From Myxococcota bacterium (GTDB lineage Bacteria > Myxococcota > UBA4151): DNA of 15,545 nt. Shown one piece after another: positions 7,791-15,376 of the stretch. How positions within the stretch are numbered: the first letter of the stretch is position 1; every line of letters begins with the position of its first letter. Under the pieces are notes generated by a model. The model saw only the letters and a program-made list of their open reading frames with translations. It did not search any database and was not told the DNA's origin. Location of the stretch: the NCBI GenBank assembly GCA_040260805.1, contig JBDQPD010000082.1:1-15545 (forward strand), given 5' to 3'. The position numbers and the translations under genes were made by a program.

Positions 7791-9494
7791 ATGCATGATG
7801 TTGTGATCCGCGGTGGAACCGTAGTCGATGGAAGCGGCGCCGCCGCCAAGGTAGCTGATGTCGCCATTAATGAGGGCGTGATCACTGAGGTGGGGCGGGT
7901 CGGTCCGGGCCGGGAGGAGCACGACGCCGACGGCGCGCTGGTCACTCCGGGCTGGGTCGACGTCCACACCCATTACGACGGTCAGGTGACCTGGGACCCT
8001 TATCTGACCCCTTCGTCATGGCATGGCGTCACCTCGGTGGTGATGGGCAATTGCGGCGTCGGCTTTGCGCCCGCTAAGCCCGACAAGCACGACTGGCTGA
8101 TCGGGTTGATGGAAGGTGTCGAGGACATCCCCGGCGCAGCGCTCGCCGAAGGGATCAATTGGGGCTGGGAGACTTTCCCCGAGTACATGAACGCGATCGA
8201 GGCGGAGCGTCGCGCCATCGACTTTGGGGTTCAGATCCCTCACGGCGCCGTGCGCGCTTATGTGATGGGCGAGCGCGGCGCTAACAACGGGGAGGCGAGC
8301 GCAGACGATGTCGCTCAGATGGCGCTGTTGGTTGAGGAGAGCCTCGAAGCCGGCGCGCTCGGCTTTACGACCTCTCGAACGCTTCTGCACCGCTCCATCG
8401 ACGGCGTCCCGGTCCCTGGCACCTTCGCCGATCGCTTGGAGCTCTTTGGCATCGGCGAGGCGCTCAAGAAGACCCAAAAGGGCGTGTTTCAGCTGGCTGC
8501 TCAGCATGAGGATGTCCCCGAAGAGCTCGAGTGGATGGATGATCTGGCACAATACACCGGGCGTCCGGTCAGCTTTAACTTGAGCCAGATTGATCAGGAT
8601 CCGCAGCTTTGGCGCCGAGGCCTTGAGCGCCTCGAGCGCGCCGACTCTCGGGTGGTGGCGCAGGTCGCCGGTCGTGGGATCGGGATCATTATGTGCTGGG
8701 AAGGGACGGCGCACCCCTTTCTCAACCGCGCCGCTTATCTGCCGCTTCACGAGTTCAGCCCGGAGGCGCGCCGCAGGGAGCTTCGGCGCCCAGAGGTGCG
8801 CCAGGCGATCATCGACTCGCCGATGATGCCGCTGGACGACTTGGGTAACTTTGTGACCCGCAGCTGGCAGAAGATGTTCGTCGCCGAGCCCGGAGTGACG
8901 ATGTCCTATGAGCCAGGCTCGGAGCGCAGCGTCGCCGCCATTGCGCAGCGGACGGGGCGCTCGTGTGAAGAGGTCGCCTACGATGCGCTGATGGAACTGG
9001 ACGGGCGAGGCACGCTGTACTTCCCCTTGTTCAATTATGCCGAAGGCTCGCTCGCGCCCCAGCACGAGCTGCTCGGTCACCCGCGAACTCGGCTCGGGTT
9101 GAGCGATGGCGGCGCCCACTGCGGCGCGATCTGCGACGGCGGGATGGCGACCTTTATGTTGACGCATTGGGCGCGTGACCGATCACGGGGTCCTCGGTTT
9201 GGGCTCGAGCAGATCGTCGCCATGCAGACGCGTGAGACCGCGGAGCTGTTTGGTCTCAACGATCGCGGTCTTTTAGCGCCTGGGTTTAAAGGCGACGTCA
9301 ACATCATCGACTATGAGGGGCTGAGGCTCGAGAACCCCCAGATGGCTTACGACCTTCCATTGGGTGGTCGACGCTTGGTTCAGCGGGCGCACGGTTACCT
9401 CGCCACGATCGTATCGGGTCAGATGATTATGGCGAATGGAGAGCCCACAGGCGTCTTGCCAGGGCGGTTGCTCCGCGGCGCCAGAGCGAGCTAG
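7791..9494 (+). CDS. N-acyl-D-amino-acid deacylase (D-aminoacylase)-like amidohydrolase
   Basis: N-terminal IRGGTVVDGSG, metal-binding PGWVDVHTHYD, GVTSVVMGNCG (Cys ligand), SDGGAH and DRGLLAPGFKGDVN. RBS AAGGA upstream; 20 nt after marR, so likely co-transcribed. Confidence 0.9.
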   Translation: MHDVVIRGGTVVDGSGAAAKVADVAINEGVITEVGRVGPGREEHDADGALVTPGWVDVHTHYDGQVTWDPYLTPSSWHGVTSVVMGNCGVGFAPAKPDKHDWLIGLMEGVEDIPGAALAEGINWGWETFPEYMNAIEAERRAIDFGVQIPHGAVRAYVMGERGANNGEASADDVAQMALLVEESLEAGALGFTTSRTLLHRSIDGVPVPGTFADRLELFGIGEALKKTQKGVFQLAAQHEDVPEELEWMDDLAQYTGRPVSFNLSQIDQDPQLWRRGLERLERADSRVVAQVAGRGIGIIMCWEGTAHPFLNRAAYLPLHEFSPEARRRELRRPEVRQAIIDSPMMPLDDLGNFVTRSWQKMFVAEPGVTMSYEPGSERSVAAIAQRTGRSCEEVAYDALMELDGRGTLYFPLFNYAEGSLAPQHELLGHPRTRLGLSDGGAHCGAICDGGMATFMLTHWARDRSRGPRFGLEQIVAMQTRETAELFGLNDRGLLAPGFKGDVNIIDYEGLRLENPQMAYDLPLGGRRLVQRAHGYLATIVSGQMIMANGEPTGVLPGRLLRGARAS

Positions 9495-9518
9495 AGCGAG
9501 CATCATCGAGGGGCTACT

Positions 9519-10679
9519 TTGCGATCTATCGTTTCTTATCCACGGCGCGTTTTGCAGGTTCGGCGGCTCGCAGTCCACTTGGTCATAGCCTCGCTCTTAG
9601 TGAGTTGCGGCGACGACGCAGAGCCCACGGAGCCCGGCGCTGTGGGGAAGCCGGGGCCCTACGTGCCTGCGCACACGACGGTGTCGATACTGGATGCGGA
9701 GCGCGAGCTGAAGGTCGAGGTCTGGTATCCAGGCCAGGGTGATCAGGCGCAGGGTGAGCCGGCGGCGAACTTTGAGCGCGACCCTGAGCGGCGCTCGGCG
9801 TTGGCGGATTTATTGCAAGCCGCAACACCTGGCTGTCCCACGCTCACGACGCAAGCCAGCCGTGATGCGCCAGCGCTGCGCACCCTGGGCGCCATGCCCT
9901 TAGTGGTCTTTAGCCACTGCCTAAACTGCGGTCGCTATTCTGCGTTCTCACTGGCTGAGCGCTTAGCCAGCCATGGGATGATCGTGGTGGCTCCAGATCA
10001 CGCCGGACCGATGCCCTTCGCCGACGGTCAAGAAGGCGAAGCATTAGACGCTGAGCAGCTTGAACGGCGCGTCGCCGATCTGCGCTTTGTGATCACCGCC
10101 TCGCTCGACGGCTCCTTGTTCGCGTTGTCGTCAGCGCTTGATGGGCTGAGCGTGGACGCAGAGCGGATCGGCGCCTTTGGTCACAGCTTTGGCTCGGCCA
10201 CGACCGGCAGGCTCGCTCAGCTTGACGCGAGAGTCGGCGCCGCCGCTGGGCTCGCTGCGCCCATGGCGAGCTTTCTGTTTCCCAGCGTGGCGATGGACGC
10301 AATTGATGCGCCCTTGCTGCTGGTTTTGGCGCAAGAAGACAACAGCATCACGGAGATCGGGAACGATCTGCTGCGTGACAATTTTGCCGACGCGGTGTCT
10401 CCAGTTTGGCTGCTCGAGCTCGCCGACGCTGGGCACTGGTCCATCTCGGACCTCTGCGGTTTGACGCCGAACTTTACGGCTGGCTGCGGAGCGGGCGAGC
10501 GGCACTCTAGAGGACAAGAGGGCGAGGCCTTTTCGTACCTCCCGGTTCAGCAGGGGATCGAGGTCGCTCAGCGGTATCTAGCGACCTTCTTTTTGGCTCA
10601 TCTTAACGCTGACAACGACGCCCTGTATGCGCTGCAATCGCCCCGCATCGAAGCGGGCGTCTCGCTGAGCGGTCGATAA
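9519..10679 (+). CDS. Alpha/beta-hydrolase lipoprotein (dienelactone hydrolase/PAF-acetylhydrolase-like)
   Basis: Lipobox LLVSC, EVWYP, LAERLASHGMIVVAPDH, nucleophile elbow GHSFG (10179-10193), candidate Asp (AQEDNSI) and His (AGHWS). TTG start with GAGGG upstream; the start is somewhat uncertain. Confidence 0.85.
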   Translation: MRSIVSYPRRVLQVRRLAVHLVIASLLVSCGDDAEPTEPGAVGKPGPYVPAHTTVSILDAERELKVEVWYPGQGDQAQGEPAANFERDPERRSALADLLQAATPGCPTLTTQASRDAPALRTLGAMPLVVFSHCLNCGRYSAFSLAERLASHGMIVVAPDHAGPMPFADGQEGEALDAEQLERRVADLRFVITASLDGSLFALSSALDGLSVDAERIGAFGHSFGSATTGRLAQLDARVGAAAGLAAPMASFLFPSVAMDAIDAPLLLVLAQEDNSITEIGNDLLRDNFADAVSPVWLLELADAGHWSISDLCGLTPNFTAGCGAGERHSRGQEGEAFSYLPVQQGIEVAQRYLATFFLAHLNADNDALYALQSPRIEAGVSLSGR

Positions 10680-10716
10680 AAAACTAATAGGATCGCCATG
10701 GAGACGATCCTATCAG
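10678..10716 (-). terminator. Intrinsic (rho-independent) terminator of the kamA-family gene
   Basis: The minus strand reads CTGATAGGATCG-tctccatgg-CGATCCTATTAG-TTTTTT: a 12-bp stem with one G-U pair followed by a U6 tract, ~20 nt after the stop codon, between convergent genes. Confidence 0.82.
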
Positions 10717-10735
10717 CTAAGTTCTGGCGCTGAGC

Positions 10736-12169
10736 TCAGCCTGCGCCGCTCGCCACATCCGCTTTGGCTTGAGCGCCCACAGCGGGCAAGCGGAGCAGCT
10801 GACCGCCGTCTTGCTCATAAGACTCTGCCTCGGCTTGAGCCGCCTTGGCGGCGTCCTCTGCCTCTTGCAAAATCAGGTCATGCTGCGTCGGGTCTGCCCA
10901 GCGCTTCTTGCCGCTCTCAGGGAGCAGCTCGACCGGGTCGCAGTAGAAGTAGTACTTATCCGGATCGACCGAGGGGCTTCGGTACACCGACACGCCGGTC
11001 TCACGATCGTAGTGCTCGAACGAGTGCGCGTCGCGCTTGCCGCCGCCACCTGGCGCATCGACCACGAAGGTAGGGGTCTTAAACCCTGCCGTAGAGCCAC
11101 GGACAACCTTCTCGATCTTGAGCGCCGTCGCAACGGTCGTTCGCAGATCTTCGGCGCCGGTCACCAGGTCGTGCACGTAGACATAGTAGGGGTGCACGTT
11201 GACGTAAGCTAGACGTCGCACCAGCTGCTTCATGATCTCAGGGGTATCGTTAACGCCTCGGACCAAAACCGACTGGTTGCGCACGGTGATGCCGCGAGCG
11301 AACAAGACCGCAAGACCCTTGCGGGTGATCTCGGTGATCTCTTTGGGGTGGTTGAAGTGGGTGTGAACCACGACCTCAACGTTCTGCTTGCGACCACGCT
11401 CAACGATCGAGGTCAGCGCATCGACCCACTCGTGATCGGTGAGCAGCTTCATCGGCATGATCGCAGGCCCCTTGGTGGCGAAGCGGATGCGGCGGACATG
11501 CGGGATGTCGAGCAGCGCGTTGCCGATCTCAAGGACTTGGACGGGGCGCAGCTGGTAGGTGTCGCCACCGCTGATCACGATGTCTTCAAGGTATGGGGTG
11601 TTGCGAATGTACTCAAACGCCTTCTCCCAGCGCTCTCGGTTCACTCGAAGGCGCATCTTCTCGAAGTCTTCGGTGTCACTCCCCACGGCGTAGCTGCGCG
11701 TGCAGTAGCGGCAGTAGACCGTGCAGGTGTCCATCGCCAAGAACAGCGCTTTATCCGAGTAGCGGTGGGTTAGACCTTGCACCGGGCTGTCTTTTTGCTC
11801 GCCGAGCGAGTCAAAGGTCAGCATCGGGTGGTCTTTGGTAAAGCGAGACGCCAGCGGCACAAACTGAATGCGCAGCGGATCGGTGAGCGGCTCATCCCAG
11901 TCGATCAGACCGAAGACGTAAGGGCTGACTCGCACGCTCATCGAGGCCCGGCGAAAGCCTTCACGGACGTCCTCGAGAAACTCAGGCGTCACGATGTCTT
12001 CGAGTAGCTTTAAAACGTGCTCTGGCTTGGTGACGGTGTTCTTTGCCTGCCAGTTCCAGTCCAGAAAGGTCTCTTCGTCGATATCCTTCCAAGCAGGAAC
12101 TCGTTGCCAGAAGGGCTCGTCCAAGAGTTCGCGGTGAGAGGTATCAAAGTTATGTTTGTTCCGACCCAT
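10736..12169 (-). CDS. kamA: KamA family radical-SAM/PLP aminomutase (lysine 2,3-aminomutase-like)
   Basis: LTHRYSDKAL, CxxxCxxC as CTVYCRYCTR (11702-11725), ISGGD, HFNHPKE, NQSVLVRGVND, PYYVYVHD, and PTFVVDAPGGGGK with the PLP Lys. Preferred start is ATG 12169 (MGRNKHNF) with GGAGG just upstream, rather than the ORF-track start at 12235. Confidence 0.9.
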   Translation of the reverse strand: MGRNKHNFDTSHRELLDEPFWQRVPAWKDIDEETFLDWNWQAKNTVTKPEHVLKLLEDIVTPEFLEDVREGFRRASMSVRVSPYVFGLIDWDEPLTDPLRIQFVPLASRFTKDHPMLTFDSLGEQKDSPVQGLTHRYSDKALFLAMDTCTVYCRYCTRSYAVGSDTEDFEKMRLRVNRERWEKAFEYIRNTPYLEDIVISGGDTYQLRPVQVLEIGNALLDIPHVRRIRFATKGPAIMPMKLLTDHEWVDALTSIVERGRKQNVEVVVHTHFNHPKEITEITRKGLAVLFARGITVRNQSVLVRGVNDTPEIMKQLVRRLAYVNVHPYYVYVHDLVTGAEDLRTTVATALKIEKVVRGSTAGFKTPTFVVDAPGGGGKRDAHSFEHYDRETGVSVYRSPSVDPDKYYFYCDPVELLPESGKKRWADPTQHDLILQEAEDAAKAAQAEAESYEQDGGQLLRLPAVGAQAKADVASGAG

Positions 12170-12521
12170 ATCTCCTCCAAGGGGCTGTGGGCGCCACTGC
12201 ACTAAGTGAGTAGCAGATTCGCTGATGTCATTCAAACTGGCTCACCCGCGGAAAAGGACCGCTTGATGGGAGTTTAGAGCCTACAGTAATTGTCGTTCAC
12301 AACGCCAAAACGGCAGCTAGCAGGGCTGCACATCGGGTTGGTGGAGTATGGAATCTTTGAACCACATAATCATGGGGTGCCAGGCCGAGCCGTCGCTGAC
12401 AACCATTACGCAGCGAATTAGAGCTTCTGAGGAAGGCTTTGGCTCTGCGAGCTGCGTAGGTTTAATTGGGCTCTCCTTGGGTATTTGGGTCCATCCGAGT
12501 ATAGAGCGCACAGGGGGGCTC

Positions 12522-13445
12522 ATGCGCTGGTCGGTGTGGCTATTTAGCTGGCTTATACTGGGTTTGGGCTGCGCAGCGCCTGCCGGCGGTGAGGACGCTG
12601 GCTTTGGCGCAGATGCGGGCGAGAGCGTCGACGCTGGCGCCCAGGCCGACACGGGTGGCCCTCAAGACACCGGATTGGATAACGAGCCGATTCAAATCCA
12701 AGCCACCGACGCCGAGACCGAATACGTTAATTATTGGCTTGAGCAAGATCACGGAGAGCCCTTTGTCTCGTCGCTCAAGTGGTTGCCACATTTCATCCAT
12801 GAGCAAGGCGAGCTCGGGATCTGCCTGCGGCTCGAGTTCCGCGAACCAAAGACGGTTCAGAGTTGGCGCATCGAGGCGATCCGCACAATGATCGAGGAGC
12901 GGATCTGGCTATGGCAAAAAGGCCTGATTGGAGAGCCCAACTGGAACTACGACACACCAACGCCTGTAACGATCTTTGGCATCGGCGCTACCGATCAGGT
13001 CGAGCTGGTGGACCCACCGGATGTGCCGATCTATCGCAACGAGAACGCTGAGTGCCCGACCGACTGCTTCCGCTTTACCTACAAGCATGAACGCTCGCCG
13101 ACGTTTGAAGACTGCGAACACCCGAGCATGAGCCACTTTGACTTTAACATCTGGTACTCGGACTTTGACATCGGCGCTGCGGGCCATGGAGGCGACTGGG
13201 GCACCAGGCTGCCTTGGGATCTGTTCTTACAAGAGCTGCGCAGCCCGGTCGCCAAGCGCGTCAGCGATCACGAGCTCGGTCACGTGGCTGGCTTGCCCGA
13301 CGTCTACAACTACCCGATGCAGCTCAACGGCTACGACCGTCCCGAAGGCATCATGGTGCATGGGATGAGTATAACCCACTTTGATTACATGATGCTGCGT
13401 GAGGTCTGGCGCATGGCTTGGGAGCAATTTTATGCGACACCTTAA
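12522..13445 (+). CDS. Putative zinc metallopeptidase lipoprotein (HExxHxxGLxD)
   Basis: ATG 12522 after a G-rich RBS gives signal peptide [17 protein letters not shown] (lipobox), then an acidic low-complexity linker. [11 protein letters not shown] lies at 13269-13301, with a downstream GIMV Met-turn-like motif. Confidence 0.8.
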   Translation: MRWSVWLFSWLILGLGCAAPAGGEDAGFGADAGESVDAGAQADTGGPQDTGLDNEPIQIQATDAETEYVNYWLEQDHGEPFVSSLKWLPHFIHEQGELGICLRLEFREPKTVQSWRIEAIRTMIEERIWLWQKGLIGEPNWNYDTPTPVTIFGIGATDQVELVDPPDVPIYRNENAECPTDCFRFTYKHERSPTFEDCEHPSMSHFDFNIWYSDFDIGAAGHGGDWGTRLPWDLFLQELRSPVAKRVSDHELGHVAGLPDVYNYPMQLNGYDRPEGIMVHGMSITHFDYMMLREVWRMAWEQFYATP

Positions 13446-15309
13446 GTTCTTTGACGTTATCGCTTGGCTTCGTTGTGGCGTGCTTATGGTGACCGTTTTA
13501 GCGGTGGGCTGCGGCGAGCCGGTCGAGCCGACACCAGCTGCTCCGGTCTGCGGTAATGGGGAGCTCGAGAACGGAGAGGCCTGTGATGATGGTAACGTCA
13601 CCGACACCGACGCCTGTCGAGCCGACTGTGAGCCTGCGCGCTGCGGCGATGGGGTGCTCCGAACCGACCGAGCTGATGATGAGCAAGGCTTTGAAGCTTG
13701 CGATGACGGCAACGCCATCGACACCGACGCCTGCCTCAACAGCTGCGCAATCGCTCGCTGCGGTGATGGCGTCGTGGGCCCTAATGAGGGCTGCGATGAC
13801 GGCAACGACGACCCGACCGACGCCTGTGCTCGCTGCGTACCCGCAGCCTGCGGTGATGGCGTGGTGCAGCGCGATGAGCTCTGTGATGACGGCAACGCCG
13901 TGGACACCGACGCTTGCCGGAACACCTGCGCCCCCGCTCGGTGCGGTGACGGGGTGGCGCGAGACGACCTGAGCGACGGCGATGACGGTTTTGAGGCCTG
14001 CGATGACGGCAACCGAAGCAACGCAGACGACTGCACCAACGGCTGCGCGCGGGCGCGCTGCGGCGACGGGATCCTCAGGACCTCGGGTGAATCGATCGAG
14101 GCTTGTGATGACGGCAACGCGGTTCAAAGTGATGCGTGCTTGAACGACTGCAGCGCAGCGAGCTGCGGGGACGGGCACATTCGAGACGCCGAGGAGACCT
14201 GCGACGACGGCAACGACCAAGATGGCGACGGCTGCGACACCAACTGCGAGGTCCGCGCCCGAACGCTCGGACTAGGCGGCGAGGTCTCGTGCATCGTGCG
14301 CGACGGCGTGCCGCACTGCATGGGATCTAACTTTTATGGTCAAGTCGGCGACGGGACGACGGCCGCCAGGCGGACGCCAACCGCGGCGCTCGACCTTGAC
14401 CAGGTGACCCAAATTGCGACCGGTCATCGGCACGTCTGTGCGCTCAAGCGAGACCGCTCGGTCTGGTGCTGGGGCTACAACGAGGAGGGGCAGGTCGGAG
14501 ACGGGACCACGACGCAGCGTGATCGCCCGGTACGAGTAGCGGCTTTGTCTGATGTCGTCGGGCTCTCGGCTCAGAGCCACGGGACCTGCGCACGCTTAGT
14601 GGACGGCAGCGTCTGGTGTTGGGGCTCGAACGACCGAGGCGGGTTGGGTGATGGCACGACGACGCATCGATCGACCCCTGTGCGGGTGAGCGCTGTGGAT
14701 GATGTGATCCAGCTTGAGACTGGCCTCGGCTACGGCTGTGTTCGCGACCAAGCCCGCGCGACGTGGTGCTGGGGGCGTAACCAGTATGGTAACCTCGGCG
14801 ATGGAACCACAGCGGATCGAGCCGAGCCTGTTCGTGTGCAGACCGACGAAGTTTTTGTGGATATCGCCGCAGGGCAGCTCGCCGCCTGCGGCTTGAGAGC
14901 GGACGGCACGGTCTGGTGCTGGGGGCGCAACCTTGCTGGCATGCTCGGTGACGGCTCGCGCAGCAACCGCAGCAGCCCGGTGCGGATGCTAGGGATCGAT
15001 GACGCCATCGAGGTGGTGGTCCCTGGGCACTACAAAACCTGCGTTTTGCGAGCAGATCGCACGGTCTGGTGCTTGGGACTTAACCGCGGCGGACAGCTTG
15101 GCGATGGCAGCACGACCGATCGGTCTTCGCCCACCGCCGTGCGCGGTGTGTCAAACGTAGTGCAGCTAGGACGCGGCGCCACAGGCTACCACATGATGGC
15201 GACCACGATGGACAACGGCACCTTCTCGTGGGGACAAGGTAGCTCCGGCGTATTGGGCCACGGAAACACCGAGAGTTACAGCGCGCCCAGACGAATCGAC
15301 GGGTTCTAG
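13432..15309 (+). CDS. Lipoprotein with 7 Cys-rich (DUF4215-like) repeats and a C-terminal 7-bladed RCC1/BLIP-II-like beta-propeller
   Basis: ATG 13432 with GGGAG at 13421-13425 overlaps the upstream gene by 14 nt. Lipobox LAVGC; 7 CG(D/N)G...CDDGN repeats; then 7 ~50-aa repeats of the type C.L..DG.VWCWG.N..GQLGDG....R..P..V. Confidence 0.9.
   Translation: MRHLKFFDVIAWLRCGVLMVTVLAVGCGEPVEPTPAAPVCGNGELENGEACDDGNVTDTDACRADCEPARCGDGVLRTDRADDEQGFEACDDGNAIDTDACLNSCAIARCGDGVVGPNEGCDDGNDDPTDACARCVPAACGDGVVQRDELCDDGNAVDTDACRNTCAPARCGDGVARDDLSDGDDGFEACDDGNRSNADDCTNGCARARCGDGILRTSGESIEACDDGNAVQSDACLNDCSAASCGDGHIRDAEETCDDGNDQDGDGCDTNCEVRARTLGLGGEVSCIVRDGVPHCMGSNFYGQVGDGTTAARRTPTAALDLDQVTQIATGHRHVCALKRDRSVWCWGYNEEGQVGDGTTTQRDRPVRVAALSDVVGLSAQSHGTCARLVDGSVWCWGSNDRGGLGDGTTTHRSTPVRVSAVDDVIQLETGLGYGCVRDQARATWCWGRNQYGNLGDGTTADRAEPVRVQTDEVFVDIAAGQLAACGLRADGTVWCWGRNLAGMLGDGSRSNRSSPVRMLGIDDAIEVVVPGHYKTCVLRADRTVWCLGLNRGGQLGDGSTTDRSSPTAVRGVSNVVQLGRGATGYHMMATTMDNGTFSWGQGSSGVLGHGNTESYSAPRRIDGF
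13549..14250 (+). repeat. Intragenic Cys-rich tandem repeats (7 units, ~30-39 aa)
   Basis: Read directly from the translation: [16 protein letters not shown]..., [24 protein letters not shown]..., through [28 protein letters not shown]. Confidence 0.93.
14263..15306 (+). repeat. RCC1-like repeats (7 blades)
   Basis: Recurrent VWCWG.N..G.LGDG motif at ~50-aa spacing: HCMGSN, WCWGYN, WCWGSN, WCWGRN (twice), WCLGLN, FSWGQG. Confidence 0.9.
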
Positions 15310-15376
15310 GGACTAAGCGGTCTTGATCATCATCAAAGCCTTCGTGCAGGGTCTTCCTCTGTGCTGAGGAGGCTTC

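Noticed and set aside
8016..9167. 383-aa antisense ORF inside the amidohydrolase
   Set aside because: It fully overlaps a gene with clear family motifs and has no recognisable motifs of its own; a typical GC-rich antisense shadow.
9519..9608. Twin-arginine (Tat) signal in the hydrolase leader (PRRVL, VRRLA)
   Set aside because: Neither RR pair fits S/T-R-R-x-F-L-K well; an ordinary lipoprotein signal explains the sequence.
4003..12169. Single pathway linking HDAC, D-aminoacylase and KamA (acetyl-beta-lysine metabolism)
   Set aside because: The genes are in separate transcription units with different orientation and regulatory sites, and no acetyltransferase or transporter is present; there is no sequence support beyond thematic similarity.
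12170..12521. Lysine or SAM riboswitch upstream of kamA; sigma54 promoter at minus-strand TGGCAC
   Set aside because: The conserved riboswitch cores could not be found on the minus strand, and TGGCAC is not followed by TTGC at the required spacing.
12348..12521. N-terminal extension of the metallopeptidase (ORF-track start 12348), plus the extension of kamA to 12235 and ORF 12317-12652 (-)
   Set aside because: The downstream ATGs (12522 and 12169) have better RBSs, and 12522 places the signal peptide at the N-terminus; the extensions and the short antisense ORF have no protein-like features.
13227..14220. Antisense ORFs 13227-14117 and 13498-14220, plus similar short ones to 15525
   Set aside because: Reverse-frame translations of the Cys-rich repeats (PSSQAS / TPSPQ pattern), not independent genes.
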